Below are positions 55,501 through 64,000 of a DNA stretch of 64,000 nt, piece after piece. A program made the translations under genes and the position numbers. The stretch's first letter is position 1, and each line of letters opens with the position of its first letter. Under the pieces are notes generated by a model. The model saw only the letters and a list, made by a program, of their open reading frames with translations, was not told the origin of the DNA and did not search any database. Source of the stretch: Amphiscolops sp. MND2022 (taxonomy: Eukaryota); contig OZ076409.1 in assembly GCA_964187785.1 (NCBI GenBank), positions 82,276,001-82,340,000 on the forward strand. The letters run 5' to 3'.

Positions 55501-58072
55501 AATTGCTTCCTTTATTTTCTCGAAAGCTTCTTCATGCTCTTTTTCCCACTTCCATTCGTTATCGTGTTTTAGGAGAGGTCTCAAGGGTGCACATATGTTG
55601 GCTAGGTTCGGTATAAATTTATTTAGCTGATTAATTGCCCCCATGAAGGACCGCAAGTCTTTTAGATTCTTTGGTCTTAATTTCTCAGTGATAGCCTGTA
55701 CCTTTTCGTTGATGGGCTTTATTCCTTCAGCCGACAATATGTATCCCAGCCATTCGGTTTCTCGTTTGGCTATCATGCACTTTTCTATTTTCAGCCTGAC
55801 TCCTGCTTCATCTAACACTTTGATGGTTTCTTCCACTTTCTTCAAGTGATCGTCTTTTGTCCCTTTTGTCACGATTAGTATATCATCGATAAATGTGAAT
55901 GTATTGTTTAGTTCGTGTAAGATGTTGTCCATGATTTTCTGGAATTCTGGGGGCATTGTAGTTAACCCGTAAAATCCTGTGTTGAATGCGTATGTGCCCG
56001 TTGTTTCTCCTCCCACAATTTGGAAGTTGCAGTGCTTCGCCGTCTCGGGATGTAATTGTGTCTGGCCATATGCGTATTGCATATCTAATGAAGTGAAAAA
56101 TACTTCTCCTTCTTGTTTGCTGTTAATTACCTCAGCGATCTTATCCATCAGACTTTCCAGATCTGGCATTTGATATTTATTCTTCAAAATGGCATTGTTG
56201 AGCGACCTGGCATCTAGCGCAATTTTGACACTTCTGTCCTTTTTGACCGTAATTACCACCGGTTGTATGAACATCTCATCTGTCACTTTGTCGATCTTCC
56301 TGATATGTCCTGCCTCCAGTAGGTTCTTTATTTCTTTGTCCACTGCTTGTTGTAGTTGTAATGGCACTCGTCTGCCCTTCTGTTGCGTGATTTTGGCCCC
56401 TTCTTTGAATTCGATTTTGATCGTGTGTCCGATGATCTTACCTGTTCTTTTAAAAACCTTTGGAAACTTTTTCTGAATTTGTTTTAATTCCGGGGACAAT
56501 TCCTCTTTTCTTACAATGTTATTTACAATGTTTTTGCACTCACCTTCATTTTGTTTTTCTGTGAGTCGGTAGTTTAGTTTTGTTAGCCAGTCGCGACCAA
56601 TCAGTGACTTCTTCCCGTCTCTTGATATCACTATGCGTGCTCGTGTCATCTTTTGTTTCCCCACTTCTACGTCAACTGTGATGTATCCTACCAGATTAAG
56701 TGGTCTGCCGTTGTAGTCAACGTACTCTTCGTTTTTCGGGAGGGGTCTTGCGAAGATTAGGTCTGTTTTCAGTATTTGGCATAAGTCTTCCTTCGTGAAG
56801 ATCGTTATGGGCGACCCTGAGTCTATCATGGTTGAAAATTGTTGTTTATTTATCTTTCCTTTCAACACAAATGGTTTAACACCTACCCCGTTTACGTGTA
56901 GTACGATGTTGTCCTCGTCCCATTCTGAGCTGCCTCCTGATTGGTCGGCTGATTGTTCAATCATGTTCACTCTCCGCATGTTGCCACTATTTTGATTTCT
57001 GCCAGCTCCGCGCGAGTTGCCAGCTCTTGGTCTTTTGCACATTCTTGCGAAGTGTCCCGTTACTCCGCAGTTTCTGCATTTCTCTGTTTTGGCTTTACAT
57101 GCTGCTAAGTGGTTTTGCGAAAATTCGAACCCGCATCGTGTACATGGGTTTCTTGTTGTTCTTCCCTCTACTGCCATTACTGGTTCTGTCTTTATTTCTG
57201 CGCCTCCTGCGAAGTTCTTTTGTTGGCTTATGCCTTCTTCATATGCGATCGCGAATTGCAATGCTTCTTTTGGATTTTCTTTTGGTTCAGTACACAGGCG
57301 TTCCTGTACTGTCTTGTGTCGCATGTTCTGGATGAATGCGTCCATGATAAGTCCCTCTGTTTGTTCGCCAAATTCACATCTTGCCGCTAATCCCGTGAGG
57401 ATATTCCAGAATTGTCTCAACGACTCATGACTCTGTTGTTTTCGTGCGAAGAATTTGTATCGCTCCAGGGTTCTATTCCTGGGTTTGTAAAACGTCTGCT
57501 CGCAATTTTCTTTGATTTCTGTTAGTGGTGCTGTGGCTACCGTCATATACGGAAATTTGTCGGTTAGATTCTTTCTGCCGGCCACTCCTAATGATAAGAA
57601 TAAAATGCTGACAACTTTCCGTTCTGCGGCTTGTTCGTTTAGATTGTTTAGTAGTGCTGCCTGTCGTGGGCTGTTTTGGGTAGGTGTTCTAAGTAGCTCG
57701 GTAACTGATATAGCATGTTTGGCATTTATTGCCATTACGAAGAGTTCCCACCACTTTTCCCATTCTGCTTTAGGTGGTACTTTTGGACACTCCCAATAAG
57801 CTGGCAGTCCCGCCAGAGCTGACGAACTGCTTGTGGTTTGTTTCCCGCTGGATTCAAAAGAATTATCTCGCAGTGCCATGTTATAGCTATGCTGTCTCGA
57901 AGGAGAATCAAAACAATAGAGCTGTTAATACTGTATTGTATGTAGACCATGTGGCAAATGGCCGTTCTCACTTTTCTTGTGAGCACTCTTTTTGTTGGTA
58001 AACAACTTTAATAAAGTGTTACACAACCAGTTTCTTTTTTCGTTTGAGTGTTCGAGAGTGCACTCTCTCACA
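52558..58072 (-). mobile_element. Intact Ty3/Gypsy (Mag-like) LTR retrotransposon, very recent
   Basis: Apparently identical 194-bp TG...CA LTRs at 52558-52751 and 57879-58072. TSD ATAAC. PBS TGGCACTGCGAG. PPT AAACTGGGGGA. Confidence 0.97.
53029..57879 (-). CDS. Single-ORF Gag-Pol polyprotein (1,616 aa)
   Basis: ERYKFFARKQ capsid motif; knuckles CTRCG...H...C and CRNCGVTGHFARMC; IDSGS protease; FIDD RT; CDAS RNase H; HYGHPG...CPQC and DDE integrase; charged C-terminal tail. Confidence 0.97.
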   Translation of the reverse strand: MALRDNSFESSGKQTTSSSSALAGLPAYWECPKVPPKAEWEKWWELFVMAINAKHAISVTELLRTPTQNSPRQAALLNNLNEQAAERKVVSILFLSLGVAGRKNLTDKFPYMTVATAPLTEIKENCEQTFYKPRNRTLERYKFFARKQQSHESLRQFWNILTGLAARCEFGEQTEGLIMDAFIQNMRHKTVQERLCTEPKENPKEALQFAIAYEEGISQQKNFAGGAEIKTEPVMAVEGRTTRNPCTRCGFEFSQNHLAACKAKTEKCRNCGVTGHFARMCKRPRAGNSRGAGRNQNSGNMRRVNMIEQSADQSGGSSEWDEDNIVLHVNGVGVKPFVLKGKINKQQFSTMIDSGSPITIFTKEDLCQILKTDLIFARPLPKNEEYVDYNGRPLNLVGYITVDVEVGKQKMTRARIVISRDGKKSLIGRDWLTKLNYRLTEKQNEGECKNIVNNIVRKEELSPELKQIQKKFPKVFKRTGKIIGHTIKIEFKEGAKITQQKGRRVPLQLQQAVDKEIKNLLEAGHIRKIDKVTDEMFIQPVVITVKKDRSVKIALDARSLNNAILKNKYQMPDLESLMDKIAEVINSKQEGEVFFTSLDMQYAYGQTQLHPETAKHCNFQIVGGETTGTYAFNTGFYGLTTMPPEFQKIMDNILHELNNTFTFIDDILIVTKGTKDDHLKKVEETIKVLDEAGVRLKIEKCMIAKRETEWLGYILSAEGIKPINEKVQAITEKLRPKNLKDLRSFMGAINQLNKFIPNLANICAPLRPLLKHDNEWKWEKEHEEAFEKIKEAIRKITELKHFKRDLPLRIICDASREGLGAMLQQEQEEGWETTHYASRFLTEFEQKYSINELELLAVVWAVEYFRNFVYGTEFEVVSDHKALTTILRGNRGNKTYSSRLTRWVDRLLPFQFRVVHAPGRTMGMADYLSRHPSEIKGNDNKIKAEELWHNWFTVNEITKQSNSVLDTANRIQREEAKQPMSEKLATSSERHAKVKAEKVSEITSANKQTIKQIAATITNAQESNYSANSSDSEQINNKANSSDSDQMSDELIQEANKPPIKTPQCYSVNQIEVLQSLGNFTFASQYESDEFLQKVIGLIKKPDATKINRLPTPWREKFRCLSLDDHDFMYMDERLVIPKLLRPIIMRSLHYGHPGRDSMLATVSNVWWPKLHREVVTIAKNCPQCCNAGKNIKTILRQKQVGKLPSCSENNQEIAIDFAGPFQNAIHARKYLLVSIDHFSGWPEAKFLSKPTTDNVIEFLRNYISRHGIPKIIRTDPATIFRSRKFKEFCNKWLIKHIECPISDHRGNGKIERLIRTINERLRTNKEIVVKRDKSGLSEILFALRMNPSRTGKSPFEKYTGVEPNTIKKLVINRDKFISENPEFPLTETDFESGQDSTILVRERARGSKLEGSFKKRKGVLLEQSNHTITFLPAGSNNPSVLSKRDIGYNNEDQPCCSKEADKRKQTKIVELPTTSEQANRSETSNQSLPPDAEVERTHEPIKRQNEKKAPAMKQFKEKIAKRNQKQKKNKIEKRPTIWEQFENSDTEEETITADEEKNKQNEETITAHEEKNEQNQPKAEKERAEPRRGERSRNKTEFYGHNVMITNIDQSPEKQ

Positions 58073-58785
58073 ATAACTTTCCTTAAAAACATTAGACTAA
58101 CCTTGATAAAAGTAAAACCTTCTTTCATAACAGGAAGTTAACTTCTATTAGAGTAGTTTTCCGCTTGAACAAAACATTGTTCACGCTTTTTGACTATAAT
58201 TGTGTTCGTATTAAGTGTTTATTGATGACTCAAAACAGGAAGCTTCATCAAAAATACCTAACTACATAGGGAAAAAGTGTGAACAAAGTTTGTATCTGAA
58301 TCCTAAACTATCACCCTTATAATAAATTTAAAACTGAAGTTTTCTTGTTTGTATCCAAGTCTATTTGTTATAAGATTTTCACTAATTTTCCAAAAAACTT
58401 TTGGTGGTGGGGGGGACAGAAAAGAGCCAGGGCATGAACTCTGAGAAGACCACTAGTCAGAATCTTACATATGAGCTTGTTTCACTTGAGATCCTTTTTT
58501 TATGACTTGCGATGATGACTTTTTGTTTCCCTGTTGACCCTTTAATCCTCACGAAGAGCTACTTATATAGTATGCAATTCATTGAAGTCACTTCAATCAA
58601 GTGCCTTGAGAGCATGAGTCCGTTCATGCTATGTTTGAAGCTGTATTCGCATCATTCGTTGAGTTGCGAGCTTGCGAAGTAAATTTTAGAAATCAGAATA
58701 CGTTATCGTAACGTTGTGGCTTCTTCTAAGTAACATATTTTTGCTTTGAATTTCTTGCGGAAGAAAAAATATCCACTGAAAATTC

Positions 58786-59546
58786 TGTAACGGCAAGCTG
58801 TTGTCGGTCGCTTAACACGTTAACAGAGGTGGAGGAACCTGCAGAAATGTGTAAATCGCTCGGGACAGGCGCCCATCGCCACAGATCCGTTTTGCCTCCA
58901 GGGGTGAAATACGTCCCGAGACCGTGGGTGCTTCGACGAATCCTGTCCAACCGGTCCTAGTCTTTGATTGCTAATAGTAACGGGCATCTTCCTGACTCTC
59001 TAAAGACCATCGCTTAACTAGCACATAAAAACAATGCCAAGAATAAGGTAAATTTCCAATTCCAGGGTGACATGGGAATAAGTTCTAAAATGGGGAGTAG
59101 TATCTAAACTGCCAAAACTATCGCTCGAGCTTGCAAAAATTAGTAAAAATGCATCAAAACTGGCACGAATATGGCAAACCACACAGCTACAAGCTGTGGC
59201 GCAGGGACTCCAAGCACCAAATAAGGATAATTAGGCTACAGGGCTCATTTTACTGGTTTCCGCTACTGGTTTTTCCATTTTACTGGTTTCCACTACATAA
59301 TGCTAAATTCAATGAAAACCAGGGTTAGCACCTGAAAAAGAGTTTTTTCAGAGTTTTTCTAAGCCCTCAAGCTGCTCCGTTCTCTGTGGTTGCGCTTGGT
59401 CTTGCTCAGTCCTCGTTTTGCATTGAAAATGGCGAAAACAGCAAAAAGAGCAATCACAGGCTCAATGCCACGTCACACATCGAATTAGAATTTTTGACAA
59501 AATTTCTGAACATGTCAAAGTCGCTGTATCAGAGGGTCCCGTTACA
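58786..59546 (-). mobile_element. Diverged ~760-bp LTR of the TGTAACG...CGTTACA family
   Basis: Termini TGTAACGGCAAGC (58786) and CCCGTTACA (59546). Shares GTGGAGGAAC, CGGGAC, CCTCC, GTCCCG and TGCCACGTCA motifs in the same order as 23173-40108. Confidence 0.6.
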
Positions 59547-60114
59547 TTCCTTGAAAAACCTCTGAAGGAATAGCTATAGAAAGAAAAGTTTATTTGATTG
59601 GGATCATTACAAAAAAAACAAAATACATGAAATGAAATGATAGAAACCAATCTGGACAGGAAAAGAGCCTATTGGCTCGTCAAAGTTCCTGCCCCTATGA
59701 ACCAAATTCAAAATTTTTTCGGAATGATGTTTAACACCAATTAGCGCCCTTAAGAACCGCGCTATATCGTCAAGGACCATCGAAAATGTGTTTTAGATAC
59801 AAGTACCTTCAAAGATCGTTTCAAGGAGACTAGTTCTGAGAGCATAGGGAAAACGATAAATATAAGGACATGCCAAGGTTCGCGAGCCTCCGTGCCTTTA
59901 GGCTGTTGACTAGTTTGATATACAATTCATGCATGGGTAATCATTGAAATAATTCGTGATGCCATGAATGTCTAGAATAGGAATAAATGTTGTCTAGAAT
60001 GATAATGTGTGAAAGCCATTTTTTGAAACTTACGTTATGAGTTTTTAGAATAAATTAGAGGTTCAGAAAAGCGTATTTCTTTTTCGTTCTCAAAGTACAA
60101 AATCTTTTTTTTCT

Positions 60115-60212
60115 GGAACTTTAGTCCAACCGTTTTTGCCAATATGCAGTAGATGCCGGGTTTTTTTCAGGAACTTTAGTCCAACCGTTTTTGCCAATAT
60201 GCAGTAGATGCT
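60115..60212. repeat. Tandem duplication of a 42-bp sequence
   Basis: GGAACTTTAGTCCAACCGTTTTTGCCAATATGCAGTAGATGC occurs twice, 55 bp apart. Confidence 0.85.
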
Positions 60213-62034
60213 GGTGGAAAACTTGGAATACAGAAAAAACAAATACATTTTATGATCATGCACTTAACTGAAAGTTTCCATATATGGTGACTGTACAACT
60301 TATATGTTTTCTATAAACGACCGTAGTAAAACTGATTTTTATCTTTTAGTTTATTCGAATAGGAATGACGTTTGGCTGTTGAAGCTGAATTTGAACCGGA
60401 GATCCCATCGGAGATTTATGCTTCAAGCGAGATCAATCATGAAAAAGATTCACATCAAATACAAACAAACTGGGACCGGCCCAAGTTGGCACCTCGCTTA
60501 GGTTTCAAAAAACCAAGTTTCTCAAACATGCAAAGGACACTATTCTTATAATTTTATGAATTTGTCAGTGCCGAAAAATACCCCAAGGGATACACATAAG
60601 TCTCGAAAACCACTTTCTCCAAAACTGGAAACACAAAAACCTTTTCGACTACTTATGCACTCGTACCGTTTTTCTACCAACCTTACAATAAAAATTTCGA
60701 TTTGGTCGAAAACTGACGATACGATTCAAATTAAATATCTTACAGGATTCTGCACCATATTAGACTCTTATATGTGCGCTGACATCAAAATCGTATGACT
60801 GGGATCTAAGAAACATAGCCAAAATTAGTCCAAAATTCCTGAAGAAACTCCTACGTACGTACTTTGTTTCTCAATATTTTTATCTGTTTCGGATTGTTTA
60901 CAGCACATACGGCTTTATTTCGAACGTTTTTGTCGGGAGTAAGTCTTATAGTGCCCAAACAGGATTTTTAAGCTCGCGAATTGCTTTTTTCAAGTTGAAA
61001 ACATTTATGATTGTGAGGGGGTACAGTTTGGCCAATTGAATATTTTTGAGAAAAAGTCGCACCGTGACAAAAACACGCACAGTCATTTCGACAGTTATTG
61101 ACAAAGCTTTCATCTGTTCCACAATGAACAAACAATGAGGTCACTCTTTGGACTCCTAAAAGTGTTATTCTATAAGAAAACTTTAAAAAACAAAAAAAAA
61201 TGATATAAAATGTTTGAAAACATTTTCGCTAATGTTTTTTTTAGAAAATCATATCGGGCTGAAAAAACCGAACGTAGCCTTCTATACTTGGAAAACGCTT
61301 TGCTCCTGCAAAAATCAAAAGGAGATAAAAATCAAATCACGACGAAAAATCAAAAGGGGGACCTTTTGGCCTCTTCCCTATTTTTGAAAACATAAAATCT
61401 TTTCAGTTTAGTTCGAGACTCGAACCCACACACTCGAATGTGGACAGGACATCCTAGTTTCACCTCACTTGACCAGTCAGTAACACTAGAATTATTTGAC
61501 TATTTTAATTCCTTGACTATTCTATTTGGTCTTGCCTACTAGTACTTAGTGCCCCCACTGGGATCGCACTGGAGGAGTCTGACATTGGAGGTCTGACTTG
61601 GCACCCCGAGCGAATTAGTCTACTTTTTTTGCTTGTTTAGTAAAAATTTTAGAATAAGCGTCTCTAATTAGCCTTTTGAAGGCGGAAAATATCCCGATGC
61701 ATAGCGGGCATCTTGTTGATACGTGGTCATTCTCCGTGGTTTTTCCAAACTGCAGTTTTTTCGGCAAGCAGTAAATAGTTCTGTTCAAAACGAATTTGTT
61801 GAAAGTAAGTTGTTAAGTCATTCACAATAGGGTGTGTGTCTTGATGAGAGCGTTGCTGTGTTGTTGCCAGGCCTCAAGTGGTCTTGTGGTTCATAAAATA
61901 TATTTGAAACCATTTTCAATTCAAACATTAACATTTCACTCACCGGGAATTCTCAGGGAAGGAATTAATACAAAACAGTATGAACGAAAATGAACTTTTG
62001 TATTTATCAGAGTTGTATCCTGTGTTTTCTACAG

Positions 62035-62270
62035 GTCGGCATCTCTATCAGCACGGCTATGAACCAGAGATCGACAAGAAAATCCACGGGCACACGAACG
62101 TGTACGAGAACGGAGTGGCCGAGTGTCTAGGGCACTGGCGAGTAATGACGCCCTCTAGCAGCCCAGAAGAGAACTTGAACGATTACATCACCATGAACAA
62201 ATACTGTGGAATGCTTTCATTCGCCAAGGAATCCGAGTACAACACGTATCGGTTGGTGGACATGAAATAG
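62035..62270 (+). CDS. Possible terminal coding exon of an unidentified host gene
   Basis: Acceptor GTGTTTTCTACAG|G, higher GC with codon-like composition, and an open frame (RHLYQHGYEPE...YRLVDMK*) to a TAG. No recognisable domain and no upstream exon found. Confidence 0.4.
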
Positions 62271-63483
62271 AAATTTCCGTTCGAATGGGGATTTTTTAGT
62301 TGAGCCCACGAAGGACGATGTTTATCGGGTGGTGTCAGAATTTTTGTACATTATTTTCTGTCCCAAAAAGTTGTAAATGTTATATTGATAAAAGAGTAGT
62401 AATGGGTTGTCGGAAGTCGTTAAAAATTTAAAAAAATAAAAGTGTTGTTTTTTTCCATTGTGTAATACAAAGATGGAAAACAATTGAAAGTTCATGTGGA
62501 TAGGGAAATGGAACAAGCCGGGAACAGCCCAAGTCGGCGCCATATCTAAGGCTCAAAAATAGCAAAAGGACTTCAAAGTGTCAAGTGTTCTTTTTCTAAA
62601 GTACCCGAAAAACCCAAAAGTTGGACCGAAATGGCGCGCCAGGTCACTAGTATAGTCGCGTTTCACTTCATGAAGCGCCGACTAAAAACATCATTTTTGA
62701 AAAATAGGCCAGTTTTTGAACTTCTTTGGATTTTAGAAAGTACGCTGATCTGAAGAGAAGTCGGAACAAATGTACCGGACGAAGAGACCAAACAATATTT
62801 TACCCAAAAGGCTTGGCATTCGGTAAATGTTCCGGGGAAACAGAATGTTTCTATGACATTTTATCCAACAAAGAAGCTCACCAATGGCTGAGAGACAGGA
62901 AGATCAAAGACGAACAGATATGCAAGGCACTAATTGAGAAATGGCACCAGTTCGCTCACCCAGTTTCGACCAGGTCTTCCGAGATGTTGTCACAGTACAA
63001 TCACACCAAACTGCATCCCCCGGAACCCTCCCCCAGGGCTCCTACTAAACTGAGACTGAGAGCTAAAGCAAAAATTAGCTCTTTCTGGGATTCCAACGTT
63101 AGTTTAGTCAGTGATAATTTGTTCTTTATAATTATTCTAAATAAAACATCCTAAGGCACTTAATCAGTTAGCTGATCTAACTTCAGGAGCTTGAAATGAA
63201 TCACAACAAAAGAATTGAACATCTCGGAAGCTACATGCAAAAAAGTTGCCAGGAACTAATTCTTGATACCGATGCCATATTTTATGAAACTTGCCCCCTT
63301 TTTTTTTAGAAAAAATGCTTTCCTTTCAAGGATTCTTCCAAGGATTTAATTTTGAAAAAAAGAACACTGAATTCCGATTGTAAAAAATTAAATGAACAAG
63401 CACATTCAATCATTTAAAAAAACCGGTAGTGTAAAGGCTCATAATACAAAATAATACGAAATAACACGAGATAATAAAGATAA

Positions 63484-64000
63484 CTATTTAAAAGTGTAAA
63501 TGTGATATTGAAAACGGTAATCTTTCCAACATTTCATTCTATGCTCAGGTTGTTCAACTTCTTTTTTGATTTGAGAGTTGTAGAAATATTTCAATTTTGT
63601 TTTTATAGTCTCGTAGAAGTATTTGTTTTTTGATATTGATATTGATTTTGGTATGTTGTTCCACAGGGGAATTGCTCTTTTCATGAAGCAGTTCTGTAAA
63701 AAACTGGTCGTGGCATTTGCATCAAAAATTAGGGAGTCTGTTCGGTCATGAAATTTGATTTTGTCAGTGGATATTTTATTCACGCCATCGAAAGCTGGCT
63801 GGGTGTCTTTACTTGCAAGACCTTTCAAGGAAGGTATTAAATGCAAGAATATTGCAAGATACTTGCAAGGATTCCATTTTTTCTTAACCAAGGGCATCTC
63901 AAAACTAAGAACTAGCATCATCGTGGAAACGTTTTCTCGCTATTTTATGTTCTCGAACCCTCACACAAAAGGGTTTTAAAGGATTTAACGATGAAGAGGT
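63484..64000 (-). mobile_element. Decayed 3' end of a non-LTR retrotransposon (CR1/L2-like) ORF2
   Basis: FLQNCFMKRAIPLWNNIPKSI matches the F..R.I..WN.LP..I motif typical of the C-terminus of CR1/L2 ORF2. Confidence 0.5.

Larger units (their letters stand above)
52512..58428. mobile_element. ~400-bp MITE (GG termini, 8-bp TSD; Merlin- or Mutator-like) split by the Mag-like Gypsy
   Basis: ~30-bp TIRs GGCTCTTTTCTGT(T)CCCCCCC(C)ACCACCAAAA at 52512 and inverted ending at 58428. Flanks AGGGGATG and AGGGCATG. Confidence 0.8.

Noticed and set aside
59242..59668. Second copy of the GGCTCTTTT MITE
   Set aside because: Only one end resembles the TIR (GGACAGGAAAAGAGCC), and no matching TSD was found.
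62726..63154. 142-aa ORF
   Set aside because: TTG start, no recognisable domain or splice structure; possibly a transposon relic.

Overview
A transposon-dense animal (probably invertebrate) genomic window. The only clear host gene is the 3' part of a Cys-loop ligand-gated anion channel (exons ~6631-6765, 16115-16322, 16697-17057). A possible orphan terminal exon lies at ~62035-62270. Most of the rest is nested mobile DNA: a decayed Copia element (8694-15082) carrying a Helentron-type MITE; a decayed BEL/Pao element (41742-50654) inside a hAT deletion derivative; an intact Mag-like Gypsy (52558-58072) inside a MITE; several solo or partial LTRs; and a very young, intact 16.2-kb Gypsy element (23373-39560) with 2,512-bp LTRs and TSD TCTTC. 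This giant element is the main discovery. Gag starts inside the LTR and reads through the PBS, and pol is reached by an A_AAA_AAC -1 frameshift. The 5.2 kb between pol and the 3' LTR holds a divergent gene pair. One is an antisense gene with 8 predicted exons and GT-AG introns, encoding ~1,115 aa with a BED-like zinc finger and remote hAT-transposase-like motifs. The other is a sense acidic ORF with SUMO-interacting-motif-like segments that runs into the 3' LTR. All calls come from manual reading; no database searches were run.
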